Assembly (NCBI RefSeq): GCF_032116555.1
Contig: NZ_CP134949.1
Coordinates: 124,001-188,000, forward strand
DNA length: 64,000 bases
DNA from: Halorarum halobium
Lineage (GTDB): Archaea > Halobacteriota > Halobacteria > Halobacteriales > Haloferacaceae
Direction: 5' to 3'
How positions within the stretch are numbered: position 1 is the first letter of the stretch; each line of letters starts with the position of its first letter. Both the position numbers and the translations under genes were made by a program. The notes under the pieces are model-generated. The model saw only the letters and a list, made by a program, of their open reading frames with translations, was not told the origin of the DNA and did no database searches. Shown one piece after another: positions 41,492-50,817 of the stretch.

Positions 41492-42091
41492 ATGGACGAG
41501 AAGACGGCCGAGCTCCGGGACATCTTCATCGACGCCACCGGTTCGGACACGGTGACGGAGAACCAGGAGGAGTCGCCCGGCTCGCTGGCGGACGAGTCGG
41601 CCGACGACGGGGGCCGCGTGCGGGAGCTCGTCGCAACGATGCGCGAGCGCTACGAGTTCGCGTCCGACCTCCCGGACGAGGCCATGGAGACGGTCGTCCG
41701 GCTGTACCACGACGGGGCCGACGACGCCTCCATCGCCGACGACCTCGACGTCGGCGAGGCCAAGGTGTTCGACGCCCGGATGGACCTCCACCTCGTGCGG
41801 GAGGCCGACCGCGACGCCCCGGTCGGGATGGAACTCCTCAGGTCGATGTACGTCGAGGAGTTCCCGCTGGCGGAGATCGCGGACCGGTTCGACAGCGACG
41901 AGGGGACGATCGAACACTACCTGTCGGTCGTCGAGGCCGACCTGGAGTCGACCCGGGCGAACGATCGCTTCCGGGACGAGTTCGCCGAACTGCTCTCCGA
42001 TGCGGATCTCTCGGGCGGGCTCACCGACGAGGCCCACGAGGACGGCCTTCGGGAGGCGACCGAGGACATGGAGACTGACGTTTCCTTCTGA
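41492..42091 (+). CDS. Conserved haloarchaeal protein (conditioned-medium-induced protein 4-like)
   Basis: MDEKTAELRDIF...TVTE.QEE..GSL N-terminus and HTH-like segments. Confidence 0.75.
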   Translation: MDEKTAELRDIFIDATGSDTVTENQEESPGSLADESADDGGRVRELVATMRERYEFASDLPDEAMETVVRLYHDGADDASIADDLDVGEAKVFDARMDLHLVREADRDAPVGMELLRSMYVEEFPLAEIADRFDSDEGTIEHYLSVVEADLESTRANDRFRDEFAELLSDADLSGGLTDEAHEDGLREATEDMETDVSF

Positions 42092-42094
42092 AGC

Positions 42095-42305
42095 GACCTC
42101 TTTTGACGGGGGTCCTCCTCCTTCGGGCGGCTTCGCCGGTGGCGAAGCCGCCCTCACTCGTCGAACCCCCGCAAAACCCGTCGATGCCGTGGGATTCCGA
42201 AGGAATCCCACTGCTGACGGGAAATCTTCGATTTCCCGTAATGCCAAAATTCCGCGAGTAACGGTCAGCGCGGCTTCGCCGCGCCTCCCTCGCTCGCGGT
42301 ACGAT
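42095..42305. repeat. Palindromic repeat, family A (inverted copy, with double-hairpin insert)
   Basis: Reverse complement of 868-1018, plus a 57-bp insert flanked by ATGCC. Confidence 0.85.
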
Positions 42306-42399
42306 TGCTGGTGAAACCGCATCCGGTCGATCGACCTCGATTACTCAGCTCACCCACGGCAAGTCGCTAGCGGCGACACCTGCGGTAGTCACCAGTGAC

Positions 42400-42580
42400 C
42401 GTACCGTGAGGGAGGGAGGCCGCAGGCCGATCGAGCGAGCGGCGTTTCGGCATGAACGGGTTTGCGGGGTTCGACGAGCGAGCGAAGTCGTTCGAGAGAC
42501 GCCGGAGGCGACTCTCGTGATGACGAAACGCGCGAAGCGCCTTTCGAACCACGAGCGAGGACCCCCGCAAAAGAGGTTCA
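42400..42580. repeat. Palindromic repeat, family A (with internal double-hairpin insert)
   Basis: GTACCGTGAGGGAGGGAGGC...GGCATGAACGGGTTTGCGGGGTTCGACGAG...GGACCCCCGCAAAAGAGGTTC. Confidence 0.85.
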
Positions 42581-42618
42581 GGTGAAGGTTCAAATACCAG
42601 AGCGGGACCACACCGCCC

Positions 42619-43293
42619 ATGCCCGCCGCCGACCTCGTCGCGTTCTCGGACCTCGCCAGGGCCGCCTACTGCCCGCGACAGCTCTACTACGTCCGGCGCG
42701 AGGACCGGGAACCGCCGAGCGAGGCGACCGAGCGCATCGACCTCGCGTTCCGATACCCCGAGTTGCGTGCGGCCGACGACGCGGCGTTGCGGACGGAGCC
42801 GGTCGATCGTCCCCCCGACGAGTACCGTGGGGCGATGGACCTGCTCGCCGGCCGCGAGGAGTGGGCCGACCTGACCGACCCGGCGGCGACGCGGACGCTG
42901 CTGGAGGGGAAGGACTGCCGCGGGATCGCCCACAAGGTGCTCGAACCGGACGACGAGTCGCCGGTCCCGACGATCGTCTCCCCCGGCGATCCGCCCGAGC
43001 AGGGGGTCTGGGAGCCGCAGGCGGTCCGCGCCGTCGCGGCCGCCAAGGCGCTCGCGTGGGAGCGTCAGCGGGAGGTCCCGAGGGCGTTCCTCGAGTATCC
43101 GACCCACGGCGTCGTCCGGGAGGTTCGGCTCACCGTTCGCAAGAAGGCGACATACCGGCGCGTGCTCCGAACGGTCACGACGATGGACGGTCCGCCGCCG
43201 CGGCTCACGGGCAGCGACAAGTGTGACTCGTGCCACTATCGGGAGCAGTGCGGGGTGAAGACGCGGAGCCTGCGCTCGTGGCTCGGCCTCTGA
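42619..43293 (+). CDS. Solo Cas4-like protein (Fe-S cluster Cys motif)
   Basis: AYCPRQLYY plus C-terminal KCDSCHYREQC. No cas1, cas2 or array in the window. Confidence 0.8.
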   Translation: MPAADLVAFSDLARAAYCPRQLYYVRREDREPPSEATERIDLAFRYPELRAADDAALRTEPVDRPPDEYRGAMDLLAGREEWADLTDPAATRTLLEGKDCRGIAHKVLEPDDESPVPTIVSPGDPPEQGVWEPQAVRAVAAAKALAWERQREVPRAFLEYPTHGVVREVRLTVRKKATYRRVLRTVTTMDGPPPRLTGSDKCDSCHYREQCGVKTRSLRSWLGL

Positions 43294-43929
43294 TCAGGGC
43301 TCGCTGGCGAGCCACTCGCGCACGGCGTCCGACCGAAGCCCGGCGCGGTGGATGACCCCGCGTTCGGGGTCGACGACGGTGCTCTCTCCGCCGGGCACCT
43401 CGCCGCCGTCGAGGACGACGTCGACCCGCTCGCGGACGTCGGCGTCGAGCCGTGAGACGCGCCGCACGCTCCCCGCGCCCGAACGGTTCGCGCTCGTGGC
43501 CGTGACGGGGCCGGCCGCCCGCGCCAGCGCCCGCGCCGTCGGGTGGTCGGGTACCCGCACGCCGACACGCTGACGACCGCCGGTGATCGCGTCCGGGAGG
43601 TCCGATCCTCGGCCGACGACGACCGTGACCGGACCGGGGAGGAACGCCCGCATGAACCGCTCGGCGCGGTCGTTCGCCTCCGTTGCCGCCAGCGCCGCGT
43701 CCACGTCGGCGAACGCGACCGAGAGGGGCTCGTCCCGTGGACGCCCCTTCGCCGTGAAGACGTGGTCGACGGCGTCCGGGTCGGTGGCGTCGGCCGCCAG
43801 CCCGTACACCGTCTCGGTCGGGTAGACGACGAGACCGCCGGCGCTGATCGCCGCCGCGGCCGACTCGACGTCCGAGTCGGCGGCGGATTCGTCCTCCTGG
43901 CCGGCCGGATCGGAGTCGGGGTCGGTCAT
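43294..43929 (-). CDS. sua5: L-threonylcarbamoyladenylate synthase (TsaC/Sua5/YrdC)
   Basis: YPTETVYGL, KGRP, PGPVT, ATSANRSG and STVVD. Confidence 0.93.
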   Translation of the reverse strand: MTDPDSDPAGQEDESAADSDVESAAAAISAGGLVVYPTETVYGLAADATDPDAVDHVFTAKGRPRDEPLSVAFADVDAALAATEANDRAERFMRAFLPGPVTVVVGRGSDLPDAITGGRQRVGVRVPDHPTARALARAAGPVTATSANRSGAGSVRRVSRLDADVRERVDVVLDGGEVPGGESTVVDPERGVIHRAGLRSDAVREWLASEP

Positions 43930-44463
43930 CTACAGGTCGTCGATGCGGGCCTCGACCTCGGCGTAGTCAGGGAAGTCGGGCCACTCGCTCGCGACCCACG
44001 CGTACTCGACCGTCCGCTCCTCGTCGAGCAGGAACACCGCCGGTCGGTGCTCGGTGACGCCCGCCATCCCGTCGAGGTCGTGTTCGATGCCGTACTCCGC
44101 CGCCACGCCGGCTCCGGGATCGGAGAACAGCCGGTAGTCAATCCCGCGCTCGGCCGTGAACGTCTTGTGCTCGTACGGCGAGGAGATGGAGAGGCCGACG
44201 ACGGTCGGACCGTCGCTTCCGGCACCGTCGTCCGCCCCCCGACCCCACCCGCGGTCCCGGATCTCGTTCCAGACGTACGTCGCCGGGAACGCGCCGTCCA
44301 TCGGGAAGGCGACGAGTGCGACCGGCCCCTCGGCGGTCAGCTCCGAGAGCGACGTGTCGGTCCAGTACTCCTCGGAGACGAGCGGTCGGGTGAAGTCCGG
44401 CGCGGTGTCGCCCACCTCGGGGTGGTCGGTCTCCGGTAGCTGCACGACCTCGAAGTCGGGCAT
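43930..44463 (-). CDS. Peroxiredoxin-like redoxin domain protein, Cys-less
   Basis: VGDTAPDFT, AFPMDGAFPAT, LFSD and PAVFLLD. The ORF contains no Cys. Confidence 0.8.
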   Translation of the reverse strand: MPDFEVVQLPETDHPEVGDTAPDFTRPLVSEEYWTDTSLSELTAEGPVALVAFPMDGAFPATYVWNEIRDRGWGRGADDGAGSDGPTVVGLSISSPYEHKTFTAERGIDYRLFSDPGAGVAAEYGIEHDLDGMAGVTEHRPAVFLLDEERTVEYAWVASEWPDFPDYAEVEARIDDL

Positions 44464-44762
44464 CAGTCGGCACCTCCGGCGGCGCCGGCCGCGCCGGACG
44501 CGGCCGCCCCGTCGCCGTACGTGTTCTCGAGGTACTCGACGATGTTCGCCGACTCGGACATCGTGACGCCGGTCGTCTCGTCGACGATGGCCGGGACGGT
44601 GCGCTTGTTCGTGAGCCGAGCGACGGCGTTCCGGTCCGAGTGCATCGGTTCGACGAACCGGGAGGCGTACGCGAGGTCGAACTCGTCCAGTTTGTTGACG
44701 ACCCGCTCACAGTACGGGCACGCCTGGAGCCGATACAGCGTGATGGCCGGTTCCTCCGACAT
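44463..44762 (-). CDS. Glutaredoxin / GST-N-like protein
   Basis: CPYC, TVP and MSESANIVEYL. Confidence 0.88.
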   Translation of the reverse strand: MSEEPAITLYRLQACPYCERVVNKLDEFDLAYASRFVEPMHSDRNAVARLTNKRTVPAIVDETTGVTMSESANIVEYLENTYGDGAAASGAAGAAGGAD

Positions 44763-44886
44763 GGGTGACCTGTAGGGGCGGGTGGGCCTAACGTCTTCGC
44801 CCGAGGAAACGTGGGACAGCGGACTCAGACCGGTGCATCCGGGAGGACAACGCTTAATTCAGGGGGACGACAAAGCCTCGTATCGT

Positions 44887-46293
44887 ATGGGTTTGTCGAC
44901 GGAATACGCCTCTCTAGTGGCTCACGCGCTCCTCCAGGGGAGCGGGATCATCGGGTCGTTCCCGATCAACGATACGACGATCACCATCGGCGGAGCGATC
45001 GCCATCGTCATCCTCATCGCGCTCTCCGGGTTCTTCTCCTCCTCGGAGATCGCGATGTTCTCGCTCGCCAACCACCGCGTCGACCACCTCGTCGAGAGCG
45101 GGAAGCGCGGCGCGCGGACCGTCAAGAGCCTGAAGGAGGACCCCCACCGCCTGCTCGTGACCATCCTGGTGGGCAACAACATCGTCAACATCGCGATGTC
45201 CTCGCTCGCGACCGCAATCGTCGGCATCTACTTCGACCCCGGCCCGGCCGTCCTCATCTCGACGTTCGGGATCACGTCGCTAGTGCTCCTGTTCGGCGAG
45301 TCGGCACCGAAGAGCTACGCCGTCGAGAACACCGAGTCCTGGGCGCTCCGCATCTCGCGCCCGCTGCAGTACTCCGAGTACGTCCTCCTGCCGCTTGTCG
45401 TCACCTTCGATTACCTCACGCGGCTCGTGAACAAGGTCACCGGCGGGCGCTCGGCCATCGAGACCCAGTACGTCACCCGCGACGAGATCCAGGACATGAT
45501 CCAGACCGGGGAGCGGGAGGGGGTCATCGAGGAGGACGAGCGCGAGATGCTCGACCGCATCTTCCGGTTCAACCGCACCATCGCCAAGGAGGTGATGACC
45601 CCGCGGCTCGACATCAACGCGGTCCCGAAGGACGCCACCCTCGACGAGGCGATCGAGACCTGCGTCCAGGCCGACCACGAGCGCGTCCCCGTCTACGAGG
45701 GGAACCTCGACAACATCGTCGGCGTCGTGAACGTCCGGGACCTCGTCCGGGCGCGCTACTACGGCGAGGGCGACCAGACGCTCGCCTCGGTCGTCCAGCC
45801 GACCCTGCACGTCCCCGAGTCGAAGAACGCCGACGAACTGCTGGAGGAGATGCAGGAGTCGCGGATGCAGATGGTCGTCGTCATCGACGAGTTCGGCACC
45901 ACCGAGGGGATCCTCACGCTGGAGGACATGGTCGAGGAGATCGTCGGTGACATCCTCGAGGGCGACGAGACGGAGCCGTTCGAGTTCGTCGACGACCACA
46001 CCGCGATGGTTCGGGGCGAGGTGAACATCGACGAGGTGAACGAGGTGCTCGGCATCGACCTCCCGGAGGGCGAGGAGTTCGAGACGCTCGCGGGCTTCGT
46101 GTTCAACCGCGCCGGCCGCCTCGTCGAGGAGGGCGAGGAGATCGAGTTCGGCAACGTTGCCATCCGCATCGAGCAGGTCGACAACACCCGCATCATGCTC
46201 GCCCGGGTCACCATCACCGAGGAGCCGGAGGAGGTCGGGACCGACGACGACCTCGACGCCGAAACCGGCTCCGAGCAGGAACTCGAGAACTGA
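44887..46293 (+). CDS. CNNM/CorB (hemolysin-like) protein: DUF21 + CBS pair + CorC domain
   Basis: SGFFSSSEIA, GNNIVN, FGESAPK, VMTPR, DEFG..GILTLED and ETLAGF. Confidence 0.92.
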   Translation: MGLSTEYASLVAHALLQGSGIIGSFPINDTTITIGGAIAIVILIALSGFFSSSEIAMFSLANHRVDHLVESGKRGARTVKSLKEDPHRLLVTILVGNNIVNIAMSSLATAIVGIYFDPGPAVLISTFGITSLVLLFGESAPKSYAVENTESWALRISRPLQYSEYVLLPLVVTFDYLTRLVNKVTGGRSAIETQYVTRDEIQDMIQTGEREGVIEEDEREMLDRIFRFNRTIAKEVMTPRLDINAVPKDATLDEAIETCVQADHERVPVYEGNLDNIVGVVNVRDLVRARYYGEGDQTLASVVQPTLHVPESKNADELLEEMQESRMQMVVVIDEFGTTEGILTLEDMVEEIVGDILEGDETEPFEFVDDHTAMVRGEVNIDEVNEVLGIDLPEGEEFETLAGFVFNRAGRLVEEGEEIEFGNVAIRIEQVDNTRIMLARVTITEEPEEVGTDDDLDAETGSEQELEN

Positions 46294-46335
46294 GGACGGC
46301 CGGCCCGGCGACGTTCTCCGGGCCGTCGCTGCCGC

Positions 46336-47532
46336 CTACAGCACCGCATCCACGGCGACGAACGCGCCGTAGCCGACGCCGAACGCGAGCACGAGCGAGC
46401 CGACCCACGCGAGCACCGTGTACAGCATCTTCCGGGTGCTCACCCCCGCGCCGCCCGCGGCGTAGCCCGAGCCGACGATGGCGCTGACGATGATCTCGTT
46501 GAACGAGACGGGGATGCCGAACGCGACGGCGGTCTGGGCGATGGCGAAGCTCGGGATGAGCGCCGCGATCGACCGGCGCGGCCCGAGGCTGGAGTAGTCC
46601 TGCGCGAGCGCCTTGATCATCCGCGGCGCCCCCGTCCAGGAGCCGGCGAGCAGGCCGAGGCCGCCGCCGACCAGCACCGCGAGCAGCGGGACCGCCAGGT
46701 TCCCGTCGAGCAGCGGGACGAGCGGGCCGATGGCGAGTCCCACCTGCGAGCCGCCGGCCGAGAAGGCGACGAGGCCGCCGAGCACGAGCAGGAAGTGCCG
46801 CTGGCCCGCTTCCGGGTCGCGTGCGGTGTCGACGTGCAGCGCCACGGCCGCGAGCGCGGCGAGCGCGAGCGTGACGGCCACCCAGCCGGCGTCGACGCCC
46901 GCGAGGGTCGGGAGCGGGAGCCCCGCCGCGAGCACCCCCGCGATGGAGCCCTGCTCGCCGGGCGGGCCGAGGACGGTGAAGCCGACGTTGACGACGAGCG
47001 CGCCGACGACGCCGGCCAGCACGGAGGTGAGCGCGCGCTCGGGGATCGACTCGGCGCGGAGCAGCCTGGCCGTGACGTACGCCGCCCCGCCGCCGAGAAA
47101 CGGCGTGGCGACCCAGAGCGCGGCGATCTCGCGGTACTTCGCCCACGCCGGGTCGCCGCCGAGCGCGAGGCCGACGCCGACGACCGCGCCGGTGACGGTG
47201 AACGCGGTGGCGATGGGGTAGCCCGCGAACACGCCGACCGCGACGAGTGCGGCGGCGGTGACGAGGCCGACGATGGCCGCCGTGGCGGTGATGGAGACGC
47301 CGACGATGAGGTCGTTGCCGACGGCCTCGGTGACGTTCGCGCCCTGGAGCACCGCGCCGAGGAAGCCGAGCAGGCCGACGACGAGGCCGGCGCGCATCAC
47401 GGAGATGGCGTTCGCGCCGACTGCCGGGGCGAATGGCGTCGACCCCGAGGAGCCGGCGCCGATGGCCCAGGCCATGAAGAGCGAGGCGAGACCCGCGACT
47501 CCAAGCGTCGCCAGCGTGGCGGGGTCGACCAT
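46336..47532 (-). CDS. Inorganic phosphate transporter (PiT family)
   Basis: PFAPAVGAN, GANVTEAVG and GIPVSFNEIIVSAIVG, multi-TM. Confidence 0.85.
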   Translation of the reverse strand: MVDPATLATLGVAGLASLFMAWAIGAGSSGSTPFAPAVGANAISVMRAGLVVGLLGFLGAVLQGANVTEAVGNDLIVGVSITATAAIVGLVTAAALVAVGVFAGYPIATAFTVTGAVVGVGLALGGDPAWAKYREIAALWVATPFLGGGAAYVTARLLRAESIPERALTSVLAGVVGALVVNVGFTVLGPPGEQGSIAGVLAAGLPLPTLAGVDAGWVAVTLALAALAAVALHVDTARDPEAGQRHFLLVLGGLVAFSAGGSQVGLAIGPLVPLLDGNLAVPLLAVLVGGGLGLLAGSWTGAPRMIKALAQDYSSLGPRRSIAALIPSFAIAQTAVAFGIPVSFNEIIVSAIVGSGYAAGGAGVSTRKMLYTVLAWVGSLVLAFGVGYGAFVAVDAVL

Positions 47533-47594
47533 ACACGGGCCTCGCGTGGGGTCTACAAGTGACTGTCCCTGTCGAGTTCCGGGCCGCGGGGTCG

Positions 47595-47753
47595 TTACCC
47601 GTCGCGCTGGCCGGACTCGTACCCCTGCCTCGCGTTGACGAGGATCCGGCGGACGAAGAGATAGGCGCCGAGGACGAGCGCGAGGAGCACGACCAGGATG
47701 GCCGTGAGGACCGGGTTCGCCGCGACGGCCTCGCCGACCAGGTCGAGTATCAT
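47595..47753 (-). CDS. Small single-TM hypothetical protein
   Basis: MILDLV...ILVVLLALVLGAYLFVRR...GYESG. Confidence 0.65.
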   Translation of the reverse strand: MILDLVGEAVAANPVLTAILVVLLALVLGAYLFVRRILVNARQGYESGQRDG

Positions 47754-47902
47754 GTGCGGGGCTCGGTCGGACCGCGGCAAAGGCGTTTCGGGTGTCGTTC
47801 CCGCTCCCGACGGCTACGTCGGAGTTGGCTGATCGCGTGCCGTTGCCGGCCCGTCGGCGAAACCGTTGGCATCAGGGGAGCGGTCTGCGTCCGTTTGCGG
47901 CC

Positions 47903-47998
47903 GGCGCGCGTGACGCGAACCCCCATCGCTGGGGTGAGCAGACGCGCGCGAGGGACGGGCACCGGAGCGAGCCTGCGAGCGAGGAGCGCAATCGGCTG
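47903..47998. repeat. Intergenic repeat, family B
   Basis: GCGCGTGACG..CCCCC...GGGG..GCA.ACGCG.GCGAGGGA...GCGAGC.TGCGAGC...CGCAATC aligns with 52449-52552. Confidence 0.75.
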
Positions 47999-48157
47999 TT
48001 CACGCGACCGGAGTCGTTCGAAAACCTCCGATTTTCGTGATTCGATCCCCGACCCGACCCACCGCGCTCACTCACCGCAGTTCGTCGATATCCCGGACCA
48101 CGGACCGCCAGTCAGCCAGACGGAAGCGTTTAGACGGCCGGCCGGCTACCTCCCGGT

Positions 48158-48607
48158 ATGCCGGACTGTCCACTGGCGGACGACTGCCCACGTTTCTCCG
48201 AGCGCATCAACGGAATGGGCTGTCAGCACTACGGCGACCGCGGCGGCGCCGAGTGGTGCAACAACTACGACATGCCCATCTCGGACCTGAAACAGCAGCC
48301 GGTCAAGCCCGGCGAGGAGGTCGTACTCGACGTGGAGGACATCCACGAGAGCGGCGCCGGCGTCGGCCGGACCGAGGACGGCTTCATCGTCATGGTCGAC
48401 GGCGCGCTGCCGCCCTCCCGGGTCAGGGTCCGGATCGACCGGGTGAAACACAACCACGCGAAGGCGAAGGAGATCGTCGAGAAGCTCCCGATGGACTCGG
48501 ACGACGAGGGCGGCGAACTCGACGAGGCCGACCCCGCCGCCGGCGCGGACGACGGGGAGAAGGAGGAACAGCGGCTCGGCTCGCGCGACAACTTCTGGGG
48601 CTCGTAG
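48158..48607 (+). CDS. TRAM domain protein with Cys-rich N-terminus
   Basis: PVKPGEEV.LDVEDIHESGAGVGR.EDGFIVMV, preceded by CPLADDCP..GCQH..WC. Confidence 0.82.
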   Translation: MPDCPLADDCPRFSERINGMGCQHYGDRGGAEWCNNYDMPISDLKQQPVKPGEEVVLDVEDIHESGAGVGRTEDGFIVMVDGALPPSRVRVRIDRVKHNHAKAKEIVEKLPMDSDDEGGELDEADPAAGADDGEKEEQRLGSRDNFWGS

Positions 48608-48682
48608 GGCGCGAGCGTCCCGGAAGCCGCACACTGACAGTCCGAACTATCCCTTTTTGCCCCCGGCGGCCCCAGGGCAGGT

Positions 48683-49171
48683 ATGGCCGACTCCCAGGGG
48701 GACGCCGACGCCGTCGAGGTCGACGTCGACGAGGTGCTCGACGGCGCCGGCTTCGATCCCGAGTCGAGCGTGCTCACGCGCCGGCAAGCCGAGGTGCTGG
48801 CGCTCCGGGAACGCGGCACCCGGCAGGCCGACATCGCGGCACTGCTTGGCACCTCCCGCGCGAACGTCTCCAGCGTCGAGGCCAGCGCCCGCGAGAACGT
48901 CGAGAAGGCGAGCGAGACGGTCGCGTTCGCGGAGGCGCTGGCGGCCCCGGTTCGGGTCGAGGTCGAGTCCGGCGCGGACCTCTATGACGTCCCCCGGCGC
49001 GTCTTCGGGGCCTGCGACGAGGCCGACGTGAAGGTGAACCACACCGCCCCCGGGCTGATGAACCTCGTGAGCGAGGAGGCCGGCACCGCGGTCCAGGGGC
49101 GACAGGTCGTCGACCCGATCCTCGTCGGCGTCACCACGGGCGGTGCCGTCCGCGTGCGGCGATCCGAGTAG
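48683..49171 (+). CDS. tfx: Tfx family DNA-binding protein
   Basis: LTRRQAEVL.LRERG..QADIA..LGTSRANVSSVE.SARENVEKA.ET. Confidence 0.85.
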   Translation: MADSQGDADAVEVDVDEVLDGAGFDPESSVLTRRQAEVLALRERGTRQADIAALLGTSRANVSSVEASARENVEKASETVAFAEALAAPVRVEVESGADLYDVPRRVFGACDEADVKVNHTAPGLMNLVSEEAGTAVQGRQVVDPILVGVTTGGAVRVRRSE

Positions 49172-49193
49172 TTCCCCGCGGCACCGACGCTAG

Positions 49194-50315
49194 TCAGAAC
49201 TTCCCGTCCCGTTTCAGCCGCGAAACCACCTCCCGCACGCGCTGTGTCTCCCCCTTCGGCACCACCAGCACGCGGTCGTCGTACGCGACGACACAGAGGT
49301 CTTCGACGCCCACGAGCGAGACGTGTTTGTCGTCGCCGGCGACGACGTTCCCCACCGAATCGAGCGTCAGCGCGTCCGCCGCGAGCGTGTTGCCGTCCGC
49401 GTCGCTGCCAAGTACTCGTTCGAGCGCGTCCCACGAGCCCAGGTCGTCCCACTCGAAGTCGGCCGGCACGAGCGCGGCGTCCGCTGCCCGCTCCATCACC
49501 GCGTAGTCGACGCTGATCGGTTCGACGGCGTCGAAGCCCGCGTCGGGGTCCGGGTCCTCGGCCTCCAGCGCATCGACGAGCGGCGCGAGCGGGGTGTCCC
49601 GGGCGGCCGCGAACAGCGCCGATGGCGTCCAGGCGAAGACGCCCGCGTTCCAGCGATAGCCCGCCGCGACGTACTCCCGGGCCGTCTCGGCGTCCGGCTT
49701 CTCGTGGAACGCGGCGAGGTCGCGGTAGCGGTCGCCGCCGTCACCGCGGTCGTCGTGGTCGCACCCGTCGCCGCCGGTGGTCCGCTTCGCGCCCGGTTCG
49801 ACGTAGCCGTAGCCGGTGGCCGGCCGCGTCGGTTCGACGCCGAAGGCGACGAGCGCGTCGGCGTCGGCCGCGACCCGGACACCCCGGAGCATCGTCGCCG
49901 CGAACGCCTCGGCGTCCGGGACGTGGTGGTCCGCCGGGAGGCAGACGACCACCGGCTCCGTGCCGCCGTCCCCGTCGGCCCCGCTTGCGACGCGTTCCCC
50001 GGCCACCCACGTCGCGTACAGGAGCGCCGGTCCGGTGTCCTTGCCGGCCGGCTCGACGACGATCTCGGCGTCGGGTGCGTGTTTCGGGATCTCGTCGGCG
50101 AACTCGGGTCGCGTGGCGACGAGGACGCGGTCGGCGAAGTCGGCCCTTGCGACGGTGCGCGCGAGGAGGCTTTCGTCCCGGCCGCCGCCCGCACCGCCTC
50201 CGAGCGGGAGGAACTGTTTCGGCCGATGGCTCCGGGAGGCCGGGTAGAGCCGCGACCCGGTTCCGCCCGCCAGAACTACGGCGACGACGGGGCGGTCGGG
50301 TGTGGGTTCGCTCAC
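49194..50315 (-). CDS. manC: Mannose-1-phosphate guanylyltransferase
   Basis: LAGGTGSRLYPAS...PKQF, EPAGKDT, PADH, TGYGY, FHEKP, WNAG, ISVDYAVME and WDDLGSW. Confidence 0.9.
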   Translation of the reverse strand: MSEPTPDRPVVAVVLAGGTGSRLYPASRSHRPKQFLPLGGGAGGGRDESLLARTVARADFADRVLVATRPEFADEIPKHAPDAEIVVEPAGKDTGPALLYATWVAGERVASGADGDGGTEPVVVCLPADHHVPDAEAFAATMLRGVRVAADADALVAFGVEPTRPATGYGYVEPGAKRTTGGDGCDHDDRGDGGDRYRDLAAFHEKPDAETAREYVAAGYRWNAGVFAWTPSALFAAARDTPLAPLVDALEAEDPDPDAGFDAVEPISVDYAVMERAADAALVPADFEWDDLGSWDALERVLGSDADGNTLAADALTLDSVGNVVAGDDKHVSLVGVEDLCVVAYDDRVLVVPKGETQRVREVVSRLKRDGKF

Positions 50316-50623
50316 CACGTCTGGACCCGCCCGCCGCGGACGTCCTCGGCACAGCCCTCGCAGTCCACGTTGCCGGCCTCGAAGCAGTCCGGGTGGCCCG
50401 CCGCATCGAGGGCGACGGCGCGCTTCTCGGCGTAGCGCCGGCAGACGATCCTCGCGTCCCCCTCGTCGTTCGCGGGGAGGCCGAACTCCGCCGGGTCGGC
50501 CAGGTCGGGCGTGCCGGCGTCCGTCCGCCCCTCGCGGTAGGCGTCCCTGCTTCGGGCGTACTCCCGGCCGGCCTTCCGGGCCTGCTGGCGCAGGACGCGG
50601 CGGAGGCGGTCGGTCAGCGTCAT
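50312..50623 (-). CDS. Conserved haloarchaeal hypothetical protein with Cys motif
   Basis: ARIVCRRYAEKRAV..HPDCF...CEGCAED. The stop overlaps the manC start. Confidence 0.75.
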   Translation of the reverse strand: MTLTDRLRRVLRQQARKAGREYARSRDAYREGRTDAGTPDLADPAEFGLPANDEGDARIVCRRYAEKRAVALDAAGHPDCFEAGNVDCEGCAEDVRGGRVQTW

Positions 50624-50817
50624 GGCCGACCCTGCGCCGGCCAGGGACATAGGTCCGTTGCCGTCGGGGCGTGCCGGCGAGCCCGCTCGCTCGCGGACCC
50701 ACTCCGACGCAGTACCCGTGTTCTGACCACTTCCCCCCGCTCCCGGAGTCTTAAATAGGATAGCGCACCAACCGGCGTATGCCTCCCACCGAAAAACTGA
50801 GCGGAGGCGAGAGACCC

